From assembly GCF_006345805.1 (NCBI RefSeq), contig NW_021832379.1, positions 1-64,000 on the forward strand: a stretch of 64,000 nucleotides of DNA. The letters run 5' to 3'. The notes under the pieces are model-generated. The model made no database searches. It was not told the origin of the DNA and was given only the letters and a program-made list of their open reading frames with translations. The position numbers and the translations under genes are program-made. Position 1 is the stretch's first letter. Each line of letters starts with the position of its first letter. Shown here one piece after another: positions 11,901-26,100 of this stretch. The stretch comes from Octopus sinensis (lineage: Eukaryota).

Positions 11901-14900
11901 ATGAAGAAACTAAAACTAAATTTGTGACTTTTCAGAAATGGAAACAAACACTTGAATGCAAGAAAGTAAAAATTGGTTTACCTTATCTTTTTTGCGTTTT
12001 TTCTCTTTTGGCTGTGGTTTGACAGGGTCAACAGCATCATTTGTTTCGTGAGAAACGGGGCTGTTTGATGATGTATTGGCAGAGTCCAGAGAGGAGACTT
12101 TAGCTGAAGACTTTGACAAGGAAAAGCATTCCATTGAAGAATTTGCAGCAGAATTGGTTTTGCTAGAATAGACTGTAGAAGTATCAGAGTTTGACGTGGG
12201 AAGGGTCACACCAACAGGGTCTGAGGGGACAGTTGGACGAGTCTTGTATTGAGGGGGTTTCGATATTACAGCCGAGTTGTTTTGGCAATTAGCTGCATCC
12301 ACAAGTGGGAAGAGGTGGTGTCCATTGCTGTTTGAGTTAGAAGAGAGAGCAGCCCCTTTGTAGCTGCTGCTGCTGTGCATTGGCAGATGATGGACAGACA
12401 AAGGAAGATTTTCATCTGGATCAAGTTCCATGTCATCGTTAACGTCCAAAGGTGAAGTGCGCTCAGAAGACTCCAGACTTGCTAACTTGGATAATGCTGT
12501 GGAACTCGCCAAAGATGTTCCTGTAGGAGCCAACACAGCAGCAAGTTTCATCACTTCTTCTAAGTCTTCTTCTCCAGATTTAGATAGTTTCACTTCCTCC
12601 AAATGCTGAAGAGAGTGTTGTTTGCTCACTTCAGTACCAGGAGGCGGTGGCTCTCCTGGGTAGACACACAATTCAGAATCAAAGTCTTTGGAACTGCTCA
12701 GGTGTAAATGTTCTAAAAGAATGGAAAAACAGAAAATTATATAATTAGTAAAATATCTACATTTTTTTCTTTATTTTGAGCCCTCAGACTCATCTGGTTT
12801 CCCTGGTGTATAAGGGACAAGAATTACAACCCACTGCCACTGAATGAGACACTGGCCCATAGCAGGGCTCGAGGCCAGTAGGAAACAAGTCAGTTTCATC
12901 AACCTCAGTACCTGAATGGTACTTGATTTTATCAACCCAAAGGGATTAAAGGCAAAGTCACTTTGGTGAAATTTCAACTCAGAACATTAAAGAACTAGAA
13001 GAAATGCTGCTAAGCAGTTTGTCTAACGATGCTAACCATTCTGCCAGTTTGCTGCCAAGACATCTATGAGGGAACGGGGGAAAAAAAGTGATGAGAAAAG
13101 GAGTAAAAACGAACCCCATACTGAAGTAGTGACAACAAGAGACAGCCTATTATTACTACTTCCCCCACATACAAGTTGATGTATGTAGTGTAAACATCAT
13201 CATTATCATCACTATCATTCCAAATTCTGCTGCATTTCACATAGAATTTTTTGGTCCTCAAACATTGTCTTGGTGTTCATGTTCTTTTTTTTTTTTTTTT
13301 GGATAGAAATTAACATTTCTATCCAATGAAAGATTATATTTCAAACCAAGAACTGCAGAACACCAATAATCACAAAAATACATAAAGTAATGATTCTATG
13401 ATTATAACTTACCTAAGTGGGATTTGTCCAATGTGCTGCCAGTTTTGGAACTTTTTGAGGCAATTTTGTCCAACTAAAAAACAAAAAGGTATTTGTATGA
13501 CATGTGAATGTGTGTGTGTGCATGCTGTCTCCTTGTTTTGGCATTGCATCATCATCATCGTTTAACGTCCGTTTTCCATGCTAGCACGGGTTGGACAGTT
13601 TGACCAGGGTCTGGGAAGTCAGGAGGCTGCACCAGGCTCCAGTCTGATCTGGCAGTGTTTCTACAGCTGGATGCCCTTCCTAACGCCAACTACTCCTTGA
13701 GTGTAGTGGGTACTTTTTACGTGCCACCAGCACAGGTGCCAGGGGAGGCTGGCATCGGCCACGTACAGATGGTGCTTTTTACGTGCCACAGGCACAGGTA
13801 TCACAACTACAATTTCCATTTGATTTAGTAAAATAGTAATCAAAGGGGTCCATAGATAAAGAAAGGTTGAGAAACACTGATTTAAGGGAAATTCGACAGC
13901 TATATTTAGCAGGTTGAGCAGTACCACTGGAGACCCTTTTTGGTTCAAATATCAATGGATTGCATTCCTTAGTAAAGAAAATTACAATTTGCTTTGACTT
14001 TTGTTGGAAAACACATTCCACTTTACTCCACAACTGAAAAATTAGCAAGCATTTTCTGAGATTTGTTCAAACAATTTATAGTTGGGAGAAAAATGAGTTT
14101 AAACTTTTAAAAGAAATTGATAAAAATATTGAAAAACCTGCCATAGTATTATGTAATGATTATAATTACACTAGATTCATCATAATCATCATCATTTAAC
14201 ATCCGTTCTCCATGCTGGCATGGGTCGGACAGTTTAACAGAAAATTGGTAAGCTGAGGAGCTGCACCTAGTTCCAATCTGATTTGGCATGGTTTCTATGG
14301 CTGGATGCCCTTCCTAATGCCAACATTGATTTCTTATATAAGTACATTTCAGATTTATAGAACTAGGAAAATGAAATTGTTGGAAACTTTTGGCATTCTC
14401 AGACAATAGTGGGGAAGCATAAAATGACTTTAGAAATTTCCAGTTGCTTCTCAAGGTTTGTGGAAGGATTTGATCCATTGCCTATATGTTCATACATATA
14501 TTTTAGACATGGCCTCAAAGTAAATGCTGTTACATTTCTACAAACCGCTTCCAATTTTAATTAGCTTTACATTAACATGTAAAGAATTAATGGTGTCTGA
14601 CATATTGATAGACTTTTGTTTAACCATTTGGATACCAACCTGGCTGAAACTGCCCCTGGCTCTGTAGTACAAATGTCTTGTTTTCAAAAGTTCTGCCTCA
14701 AAATCTTCCATCAAAACTTAGTCACAATTTATGCTCCTAACACTAACTGAATGATAACGAAGTCATTTTACTAAATTCTTTGTTATATTTAAAGTAATTG
14801 AAAGAAACATAGGAGCATCTCAACAGAAATATGGTAACAAAAGGGTTAAAATATATAGAGAAACAATTCTTAACCCTTTTGATACCATCCTGGCTGAAAC

Positions 14901-17900
14901 TGCTTCTGGCTCTGTAGTACAAATGTCTTGTTTTCAAGAGAATTGTAATAGAGTGTCTGTCATACAAACTGTATCATTCATTTCCAGTATTCTGCAGAAA
15001 CATGTCTAGCTAAAGATGACAGCCATATTAAAGAAGTGCCAAAGTCAGGAAAGGAAACCAAGATGGACTGGAGATGAAAACTAATCTCAAGGTGTTGCAT
15101 CTAATGGAAACAATGACAACAAAACTGTGCTGACAGCCGGTGATTTGCAGAGCTGGAGGAGAAGGATCCAACCACAGGAAACACAACCAGCAGTACAAAC
15201 ATGGTGGATGAAGAAAAGTCACAAAAGTTCAATAATGATGTGGATATATGTACCATTAAGTCTACTATCAGTGCACCCCCCCACTCCCTATAAGTCATTT
15301 CCTTGTCACATTTATCTTTCCCACTCACCACTACCTCATCATTTGTACAATTCACTGATACAACAGCCGGCTATTTTCTACTCTTGCTACCATCACATCT
15401 CATTACTTCACCTTCCAGTGCATCTCAAAATTTATGGATAGGAGACTATAGTAAACCAGTTGGGTCAAGTACACCATCTTCACTCCTCCTGCTTCTACAG
15501 ACTGTCATTTACTCATCATTTACATTTGATGGATATTTGTCCTCATCTTGTTTGTTGTTAACACAATGTTTCGGCTGATATACCCTCCAGCCTTCATCAG
15601 GTGTCTTGGGGGTAATTTCAAATTTTTCAATGTTATTATTATTATTGCCTGGAATCAAACTCTGAACGTTGGGGTTAGTAGTCCGCACTCTTAACCACTA
15701 CGCCCATGGTATATGGCGTAGTGGTTAATAGCACAGGCTACTAACCCCAAGATTCCGAGTTTGATTCCAGGCAGTGACCTGAATAATAACAACAACACTG
15801 AAAAATACCTTAGGAATGAGAACCCAGGTTCGAAATTCCCCCCAAGACACTTGATAAAGGCTGGAGGGTATATCAGCCGAAACATTGTGTTAACAACAAA
15901 CAAGATGAGGACAAATATCCATCAAATGTAAATAATTGCTCATCTCTTAAATATAGAACTGTCATTTACTCGTCTCACACTCTACCGTTCTTCCTTCTTT
16001 GGACCCTCACTTTTCCTGCCTCTACAGCTTGTCCCATTCACTGCCATCAGACTACACTGGCTCATTTGCGCCACTTAAGTCCAATATTCTCCATGTTCAA
16101 CCTCCCTTTCTCTACTGCTTATCATTACTTTATCTCAGCCCATCTGCCATCAATACATTGGCTCTTTTGCTCTCACCCAACCTGTCATTCCCAGGTCACA
16201 CTGCCCTATTGTCTTCACTATACATAAGCGAATACACTCAGGCTCCACTCCCCTTTCACATATCTCTCTTATCGCTTATTACTATCATTCATGCCTCTCA
16301 CTCAAAAGAGGCTGACCCGTGCAGTTGTGAGGTCCCTTTAGTAATCCAGTAAGAGTCATTTATCAATAATCCTTTAGCATTTAAACCGTCATAGCCAATC
16401 AAAATATTCTACTTGTTTTATGTTCAAATTGGCCAGATCCAGCTTCTCACGCCTACCCTACAATGTCATTCTAAAATAAACAGTCACACCATTGAAACCT
16501 GAGAACTATGAGATAATGCACGAGGGATCCAAAAGGATGGGAATAAATAAACATTACATTTGACAGAGGAATTTGAATACGAAAGGATTAAACGAAAAAT
16601 GAAAAATATAAATCATACATGCATGTACGTGTGTGTGTGTAGATATATATATACATACAAACATACAAATAAAAGTACACATACAAACAAAGTACTTACA
16701 GTGTTAATACACACACACATAAGCATATGTACACAGAGAAAACACTAACTCACCTTTCGATTCTTCTTCTCCTTTTTGAAATTGTCAGAACATTTAGTGA
16801 TTTCCCCAGATTCCTGGCAATAGTTTATTTTCTTTTCTGATGATGTTGACCTAATTGGAGAAGCTGTCTTGGTAGATTCATGTACAGGGGAGGTCACTGT
16901 TGTTGTTGTTGTTGTTGCTGATGATGTGGATGATGATGATGATGATGACGGCATTGATGGTGATGGAGTTGGTGGTGGCGTTGGTGGAGGTGGCGGTGGT
17001 GTACTGGACAGGGCTAACGTCAACGACTGCTGCATGGATTCCGACATGCCATTCAACTCTTCTTTGGTTGGCTGCTCCGGATAGTCCCATTGCGAATGGC
17101 CCGTGGTGTTGTTGCAATAGAAGTAGCGTTTGTATGTTCTGGATGCACAATGAAGGGCCCCCACAGCAAAACAGCAAATGCAAAAAGGAAAGAAAAAAAA
17201 AAGAAACAGATGAATTTCAGCAGGTGATGGGCCGACCAAATATTTTAATCTAATGGAATAATTTACCCATTTTTTATTCCTCTTTTTATGACATATTTGT
17301 CAGTAAATGGATTTTGAAATTCATTCTTTTTGTTGGTGGTGATAAAAATACTTTTGTGATTTTTTTTTTTTAATAAATATTTTACACATACACACAGACA
17401 GACAGACAGAGAGACAGACAGACATGTAGACACACACACACCCACCACATAATTGTTTGCATGTGTAATAAAAGAATGCAACTATAGTTCTCAAAAGAAA
17501 CTCTTCATTCATATAACCCAATACAGATAGCATTGTGTGATCATTGAATTTCGTTAAATACACCAACAAAGGAAAAAGTGGAACAGAAAAATCAAAGTCA
17601 CTTACACAAACACGAACAATAATGCATGTGCACACACACACACACACACACATAGAAACAATACATACTTATAGACTCACACTCGTAGAATATTGCAGTT
17701 TTTAAAAACAATTGTAACAGTTTCTTTTTAACGCAAAACAATATTCATAAAAGACTAAACTACAAAGGCATGTAGCAACACGTTCCTTTCAGTTCTTTTT
17801 CTTCGTCTCTCTGACGTATTTAGGTTTGTGTGGACGTCTAATGGATTAACATTACATGGCAGTTTATTAACTGAACTAATTATCTTAAATGTTAACAATT

Positions 17901-20900
17901 TTCAAATGTAACTCAACATTCTTCATTTCATTGTGACAACAGTTTAATGCAAACCCACAAACAACCCAGTAATAATTAGAAACACTCAAATTCATAAAAA
18001 CTGGAAGAAAAGAAAGCTAAATATTGGTACAGAATTTTTCTTTGGTATTTATCTGTAGTTTTCACACACCTAACAAAGCTTTGTGTTCACACATTTACTG
18101 AAGAACATTAATTTTTCCAGTTTGATCATGTAAAACAATTAGACAGCTAAAATAATTAATAATTAACATTTTAGAGATCTGAATTCTATGTGGCTTCTTT
18201 TGACATCAACTATATAAAAATAAGACCTGTTATTTTAATCATAGGAAACAATCTAAGCCAATGGCAGTTCTTTTACATTACCCTTACAAACATATTCAAC
18301 AATATTATTAATAAACCCCTCTACTGACACATTTTTATGCTACATCTCTTATATGTTGCCCACAGTATCAAGAGGAATAAAAATAATAATAAACTTGTAT
18401 TGATCCACATTCAAACTAAATTTATATGTTGTCTGCTATATTCAAAATGTAGACATTTTATAACATTATAAATTGCAAAATTATTTTTGTTACATTTTCT
18501 TTTATTCCATATTTTCATTGAATTCTTTTAAACCATACCCCATATTCCACCTTTTTTTAAAAATCACAATTGAAACTCATTATTTGAATAGGAATTCAAT
18601 AAAATCTCAATACTATTTCCAAAGAATAACTTTCGTTATGTTAACATCTGAAAGTAAATAACTATGAGGACATTTTTTTAACAGTCAGATAATCTAAAGT
18701 TAACCTATCACATTCTACATCTCGCATCAAAAATGCTGTCGGGTGCATCAATAGTAAATTTAAGCAGAACTCCAGAAGATGCTACCCAAAGATGCTGGTC
18801 ACATTGTTGTCTTCAAACTAATTGCTTAAAATAACACAGCACCAAATATTTAAACAGACTTTCCATATTCCAAGATATACAAATATCACTCAAAGGAAGC
18901 AATTAGTGAAGGATTTAAAAATTATAAAAATACACTTCTACCAAGAATTAAATGTTAATTATCTCTGGAAAATAAAGTCAAGGTTGTGGAAAAAAAAAAC
19001 TTAATCTAAGAATGATTTAATTAAATAATGCAAAGAAATCCACCAAAATATACATTACAATTTGATAGACAGATTATTGGTAAATATATATCTGATTATG
19101 TGATTAAGCAATATTAAACCATGACTAGAAACTAGCTCAATTCATCATCATTTAACATCCGTTTTCTATGCTGGCATGAGTTGGACCATATATATATATA
19201 TATATATATTTAGTAAAAAGTAAAACCACACACACATTGAAATATTTGAAACTCATTACAGACTTTCTAATATATGCAATCCTCAAACAACTATCATATT
19301 TGTAAAATTCCAAGAGTATTAAAGAATTGTTTGGTCATGTTGCTAAAGTTCACTACATTTGCCTTATATTGTCTGTTATATTTCTCAACTGGATAAAGAT
19401 AGTTCCATGCCTGCACTCTAAGCTTGACTGGTTCTAAGTATGTTGTTATTGATACTGTTCTTTAACCAAATATACTTAGATATAAAATGCTGTATTCTGA
19501 GACCTTGATGAAGAAAGAAGCTGGTATGTTGTGTATAGCGATTCTTGCTGCTACCAACCTTCATCTATTTTTCAAGTTAGGTATTTTCATCCCAAAGACA
19601 CTAAAACCAACAAAGTTGCTGAAACTATGGAACTTTTAGTGTACTAGAGGATGTCACCATTTTCACTGAAATGGAGTGATGAGGACACGTGGAAAACAAT
19701 AGTCACACACACAATGGGCTTCTCTTGGGTTCAGCCCATCAATTTCCCTTTGCAAAATATTATGCAGCTTGAAGGTACAGAGGAAGATAGTTGCCTAACA
19801 CACCATGCAGTTGGGCCAAATCTGAAAGCACACAGCTGCAAAACAAACTTCATAACTGTACAACTATGTTCTCTTCTCCCTTCCCTTGTCATCACATCCC
19901 CTCATCAAAGGTGAATGGCAAGGGAGACCATCTCTCTAATGTAGTTTAGTGTTGTGAGGTCTGTGGTCCTGTCCTGCTGAGGGTAATTCAGCCTCTCTAG
20001 TGTTAGTGCCATGAGAAAATACATCCTGTACATGCTAAATTGATTGGTAATTGTAAGGGTGTTCGGCACCAGTCTATGGAAGCAGCAACTTCAAAGGGCA
20101 TCCAGCTGTAGAAACTCTGCCATATCAGATTGGAGCCTGGTGCAGCCATCTGGTTCACCAGTCCTCAGTCAAATTGTCCAACCCATGGAAAGCGGACGTA
20201 AAACAATGATGACGATGACATAAAATATATTTGGCCATTAATAGAAAATGTTGATAAAAAAATGTCATAGTTTTTAGCTTACAAGGAAAGGGGTCAGAAA
20301 AATGATAAAGTGGAAATTAAGTAACAGAAAACTAATACATAGTCTAGTTCTAGTGTCCTGATGGACTTCTCATGTAATACAGACCAATTTTAGCCACTGA
20401 AAGATATGTTTAAATAGCCGAATGTACTGCATGTTATTCTCAAGCAAGACAACACATATCTCAGCCATCTGGGCTAAATCTATGAGTCAACACTATATTT
20501 ATGGTTGGTGTTACCAATTTTAGCTTGTAGTAGCAAAAACATGTAAAGCAAATTGCCTCAAGAATTTATATACAGACTGCATTGTTTCCCAAACCATCCA
20601 ACTGGCGGATGAAAGTAGAAAAACAAATGAAAACTAAGAAAATAATTACAAAACAGCAAAAGCTATCAAAAACTATACAGCAGCCACAATTTGTTTAACT
20701 GCAAAGATTTATAAGGAGGCTGAAACTGCAACTACCCACACAAATATCTTAGAAATAAATCTGACCTAGAGCTACTTAAAACAAGTAAAATTTTGCAGAA
20801 GGCAAAATTATTTCACATTTTTTTTTTAACAGGTTAATGAGAAGAAGAAAAAAAATCACATACATTAATACTTTTAAAGCAATTAAGTTACAGTTTCTCT

Positions 20901-21798
20901 ATTACTATTTTTTCTTTCTTTACAAAATTGCTACTTTATTGAATTTTTGAAATTGCATGGCTAATTGTTATTAATAATGAGGTAGAATCATTGACTTAAG
21001 AAAATACAAGTGAACAGGGTGAGGATGTTTTCTAAGATGCTTATAGCTATAAGAGAGAAAAATATGAACAGCCATCTTTGATATCTGCTCCTGATTCCCA
21101 GAGCTCAACTGAAAATAAGGTGTTTGGTCATATACATATATATACATTGTATATACATACAAATGATTGAATGAGCGAGTGTGTGTGTGTGTATGATGTG
21201 AAAAAGAGACAGCAAGAAATCTGTTTGTTTATGAAAATTTGTAGAATGTATTATATTATATATATATATATATTATATAATATATATATATATTATATAT
21301 ATATATATACACACACACATGAATATATATGTGTGTGTGAGTGTATATAGAGAGAGAGGTAGAGAGAAAGAGTGTGTGTGAGTGAAGTTCATTTAGATAT
21401 GATTTGCCAAAGATGAAATATATAAAGGAAGGTGAGAAATGAACACAACAACAAAAACAAGAGCAGTAGTAGCAGCAGTGATGGTGGTAGTAGTAGTAGT
21501 AGTAGTAGTAGCAACAAGATGGAGATGATGAAGAAGAAATTTCATATAAAATGGTCCTCATGGAAACCATGAGAAACATCTTCCAAACAGCTCTGCGACT
21601 AAAGCACCAGCAAAGTTCATCTTTTTAAAAAACTTTTTTTTAAAAAACTTTTTTGTGACTTCTGAAACGAAAGAAAAAAAGATACAACTGTTATTTTACA
21701 TTCTCATGAAGTGTCAAACAAAACAAGAGATACAAAAGGCAAGTTGTTTGGTGTGTATACATATATACATACACACACATATAGAAATGCATCTAGTC

Positions 21799-21829
<31 letters not shown>

Positions 21830-21936
21830 TGAAAATACACATATAGGGTGATTCATATGTCCCTTAAGCATTTAAATGATATTGTTACAAATTTGTTTTA
21901 TATAGTTTTTGCGGTTTTGTTCAGAATATTTTGTGG

Positions 21937-21983
<47 letters not shown>

Positions 21984-23103
21984 CGATGGCAGGATAACTG
22001 AAGAGATGGTGGCATGGATTTCCACCTTGGCATCCGAAACTCAGAGTTTTATCTTGGCTACCGAATAATTGTCACATATTACATTTACAGATAAATTCCC
22101 TTATTTACATAACATTGAGGTCTCTTTCTTTCTTTTGTTATCTTACCATTTTTATCAATATATATATATATATATATACATACATACATACATACATACA
22201 TACATACATACATACATACATACATACATACATACATACACACACACAAATCACTTAATAAACACAGGATTTAAATGTAAACCACTAATTTTATGTTCGA
22301 ATAATACAGTAAAACTCCAGTCTCCTGAATGATTGCAGATTACCAGCCTGCTGCTATACAAGCTTGTCTTATAATTGTATTACTGAGCATGAATCTTGTA
22401 GTAGGTCATGTATAAATCTTGGGCTTATTAAATATTATCTCTCACTGGACAGAGTACTTTTGTGTTGATCCTACCAACAACAGTATAGTGCCGTGTGTGC
22501 GTGAATACACACACACACACACATACATACATACATACAGTAATATTGAACAGTGTGAATGAGCACTCAACACCACCTTGGTGGATAAGAAGTTATTATT
22601 TGTGGGTTAACAAGGTCACCATTAGTTTCATGCTGAGAATTCTAAGCAATTATCAAACCTGCCACATTAGGACATTGGTATTTGTTTCCATTTGGCAGGC
22701 TTGATCAGCATGAAACCAATGGTAACCTTGTTAACCCACAAATAAGTGTGTGTGTGTGTGTGTATATATATATATGTTTATACCTTTTAGAACAAAAATG
22801 TCCTTCTCAAAAGGTCAGGCAACATTTATCGTCCCCCAAATGGTATGCTGTGACAGTCATCCTGTTCAACTGCCCAAGGATATCTAATTTAACTTATTGA
22901 GTGGTCTTGTGGTTGACAGTATGAGACTAGCTTTCTGGAAACCCTGAGACATACAGAGAAGGAAAGTGGGTGAGTGATGGAGGGAAACACAAGACACATA
23001 AACCAATTTCTGTTGTTAGCAAGTTTACATTACTGCTAAATGGACTCTTGAATCACTATATATATATGTATGTGTGTGTGAGTATGTGCGTGTGCAAGCA
23101 TAA

Positions 23104-23135
<32 letters not shown>

Positions 23136-26100
23136 GTATGTGTGTGTGTGTGTGTGTATTTATCAGACATACATATGTACATAAAACAAAAACCATCTGG
23201 TGTAGCAACATGGCTTTTCATGAGTTTACAGTAGACTATAGAAAGAGGAAGGGGGAGAGGGTGAAAGAGATTATTCTGGGGGAGATTCTTGGGTGCACAG
23301 ACCCTTTCAGGGCAGTGACAGCTGGTGGGATAAGGGGGGGGGGTGCATACCAAAAAAATGCTGATTCTATCATGAAAACAGGATTTTGAAATTGAATTCC
23401 TAAATTCAGTGATCAAATTCAAGGGTGTCATCTGTATGAGGAGTAAAATGGGGACACAACAGTGATAGGAAAATGTAGAAAACGAAACACTTGAGATCAA
23501 TAGACACAATTTTAGTTTAAATATCAAAGAAACAAATGGACCCTACAATAGCAAAAGGTATCTGAATGCAAATGTGAACTTACTTTAGCATCAAATTTTA
23601 AAAAAAGTTATTTATTAGTCAACATAAACAGAGGCTAACATGTAAAGTGGACCAGGTGTTGTGGTTGCTGTTGTTCTCAATTCAATCCTTGCTCGGTCAG
23701 ACATATAATCAAACATGTTCAAGCTGTGACCAACTCATTAGTAGACATTAATTTGTCTCAGACTACTTCATTATCCAATATGTCCTTCCTTCTCTTTTTT
23801 AAAGATGATTATCATTTCAGAGATTTGTCTGGTATTACTGGCAAGTTGAGCAACCCCATAAAAGATCCCTTATTGGTTCATGGACCACATGTATTAAAAC
23901 TGAGGACAGAATAAACTTTTTGCTGATGAAATTGCTGGGTTTTCTGGAGTCATAAATGAACAGATGTAAACTACGTTCATCATTTTGAGAGCACAATATA
24001 TTTTGACCGTTTTGATACAGAGACTGCCTCAAGTTCTGTGATGTAAAACTTCCAGTTTTAAAACATTCATATTTAAATCAAAACCTTCCATAACAATTTT
24101 ATGTAAGAACATTTAAAGTTATGCTTCATACACCAATTTAATAATATAGAAATAAATGTAGAAGTTAATCATTTTACTAAACACAATTTCTTGGTTGTTT
24201 TCAAAATAGCAACAGGAAAGCTGTAGAAAACAGCATGAGAAATACTATGAAAGGATTAATGATATTGTAATGTGTTTGACAGTGAAGGCTGCTTGACAAT
24301 ATCCTTGGCAAACATCAGGAATTCAGATCTACGTCTGACAAAAAGTGAATTTTGGTATAACGTTAATCAAGTGAAAGAAGCTCTTTTTTGTTAAATTATA
24401 CATTATACTGAGTAAAATGAAAAGTTAATATTCTTTTCTTAATGTAATTATAGCAAATGAAAAGCACACCACAATACATTCCTATTATATACCCAGGATA
24501 AACTTGTGTGTCAAGTTCAGCCTCACAGCATGACATCTCTTACAGCTCTGGGCTGACCAAGGCCTTGGAAGTGAAGAAATAGAAATTACAACTTCACAAT
24601 GCATAGACACACACATACTCAGCACTTTACATCTACCAGTTCCACTAAAAGGGTTTTGGTTAGTCTATGGTTATAGTAGAAGACACTTGCTAAGAGTACT
24701 TCACAGTTGAAAAACCAGGCATATATAGTTTTTTGGTTGTTTTGTGACTCAAGTTTCACACCACTGCAACCTTCAGGCCAAGTATAAATAAATATATATA
24801 GTTATATAAAACTGTATAAAATATTTTTATACGCAAAGAGGAGACCATTGACAGGACTCCTTAGATGCTAAAAAGGCCAGTTAAAACCCAGACCACTGAA
24901 AAGAGAATTCATGAGGCACACCGTTATAACACTAGAACGGACGGTGTGCCTCATGAATTCTCTTTTCAGTGGTCTGGGTTTTAACTGGCCTTTTTAGCAT
25001 CTAAGGAGTCCTGTCAATGGTCTCCTCTTCATGTATAAAAATATTTTATACACTATGAGATTTTAAAAAATGTCTTATGACTTATTTATTATGCTAACCA
25101 GTGGTAAGAAATTATTTTTACTTATTAGCCTCATATTTACAATAATATATTTATATGTGGTTTTAGAGCAATAGCTCTGTCTATAGCAAGTGGTATTTTA
25201 ATACTCTACTGAATTTTGTTGTTTATATTTTACCTATAAAGGTGTAAACTTGCTACCCACTTTATTATTATTAATAATAATAATGATACTTATTTAACTT
25301 GGTATATATACAGGGTGCAATGGGTAAATTTTATACTTTTAATTTTGTACATGTGCATTTTTTGATTTTGTCGACTACACAGTATGGTAGGGTCAGTTGG
25401 GCACCATCTGCAAGAAAACAGCACCATGACGTGATTCACTCTGCCAGAAATTTGGAAACAACATTTACGCTGGAAGCTCCAATACGAACATTTCAGAGTG
25501 TCTGGGTGTCAATCTGAGGACATGTACCGAGAGTGATAAAAATCAAACATCCAATCAACATCATGGTGTTTAGAGTGATCACTGGTGATGGTGACATTAT
25601 GCCTCCATTCATTTTCCCATGTGGCCTCAGACTTGACACAGAGGCCTACATCAAGTGCCTAAAAGAGGTAGTGCTGCCCTGGGTTTAGAGGGCGGCTGCT
25701 GGAAGACCCTGTATCTAGCAACAGGACTCTGCCTCATGTCACACAAGCAGGAGAACTCAGTCACAACTGTCAGACAATTTCTGCAACCACATCACCCCTA
25801 ACATCTGGCCACCTAACTCCCCAAACTACAGACCCCTTGATTATTATGTGTGGAGCACAGTTGAGCAAGAGACCAGCAAAACTCCTTGTAACACCAAAGA
25901 TGAACTGAAGGCAAAGATTATGGCAGCATTCACCAACTTAAACAAGGAGACCGTCCAGAAGAGTTGCAGGAGAGTCTGAAGTCGTCTGGAGGCCATGGTT
26001 GAAGCCAATGGTGATTTTATTGAATAAATTTACTTTTTCGTATTTCAAGATATTTTTATGTAATTTTGGTAAATATATCTGTTAAAATGAGATGGCAGTG

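Noticed and set aside
15028-15441. ORFs considered as the missing FNBP4 exon or a Penelope ORF
   Set aside because: No suitable splice phases and no RT or GIY-YIG motif. The 61-nt exon at 13413-13473 restores the frame.
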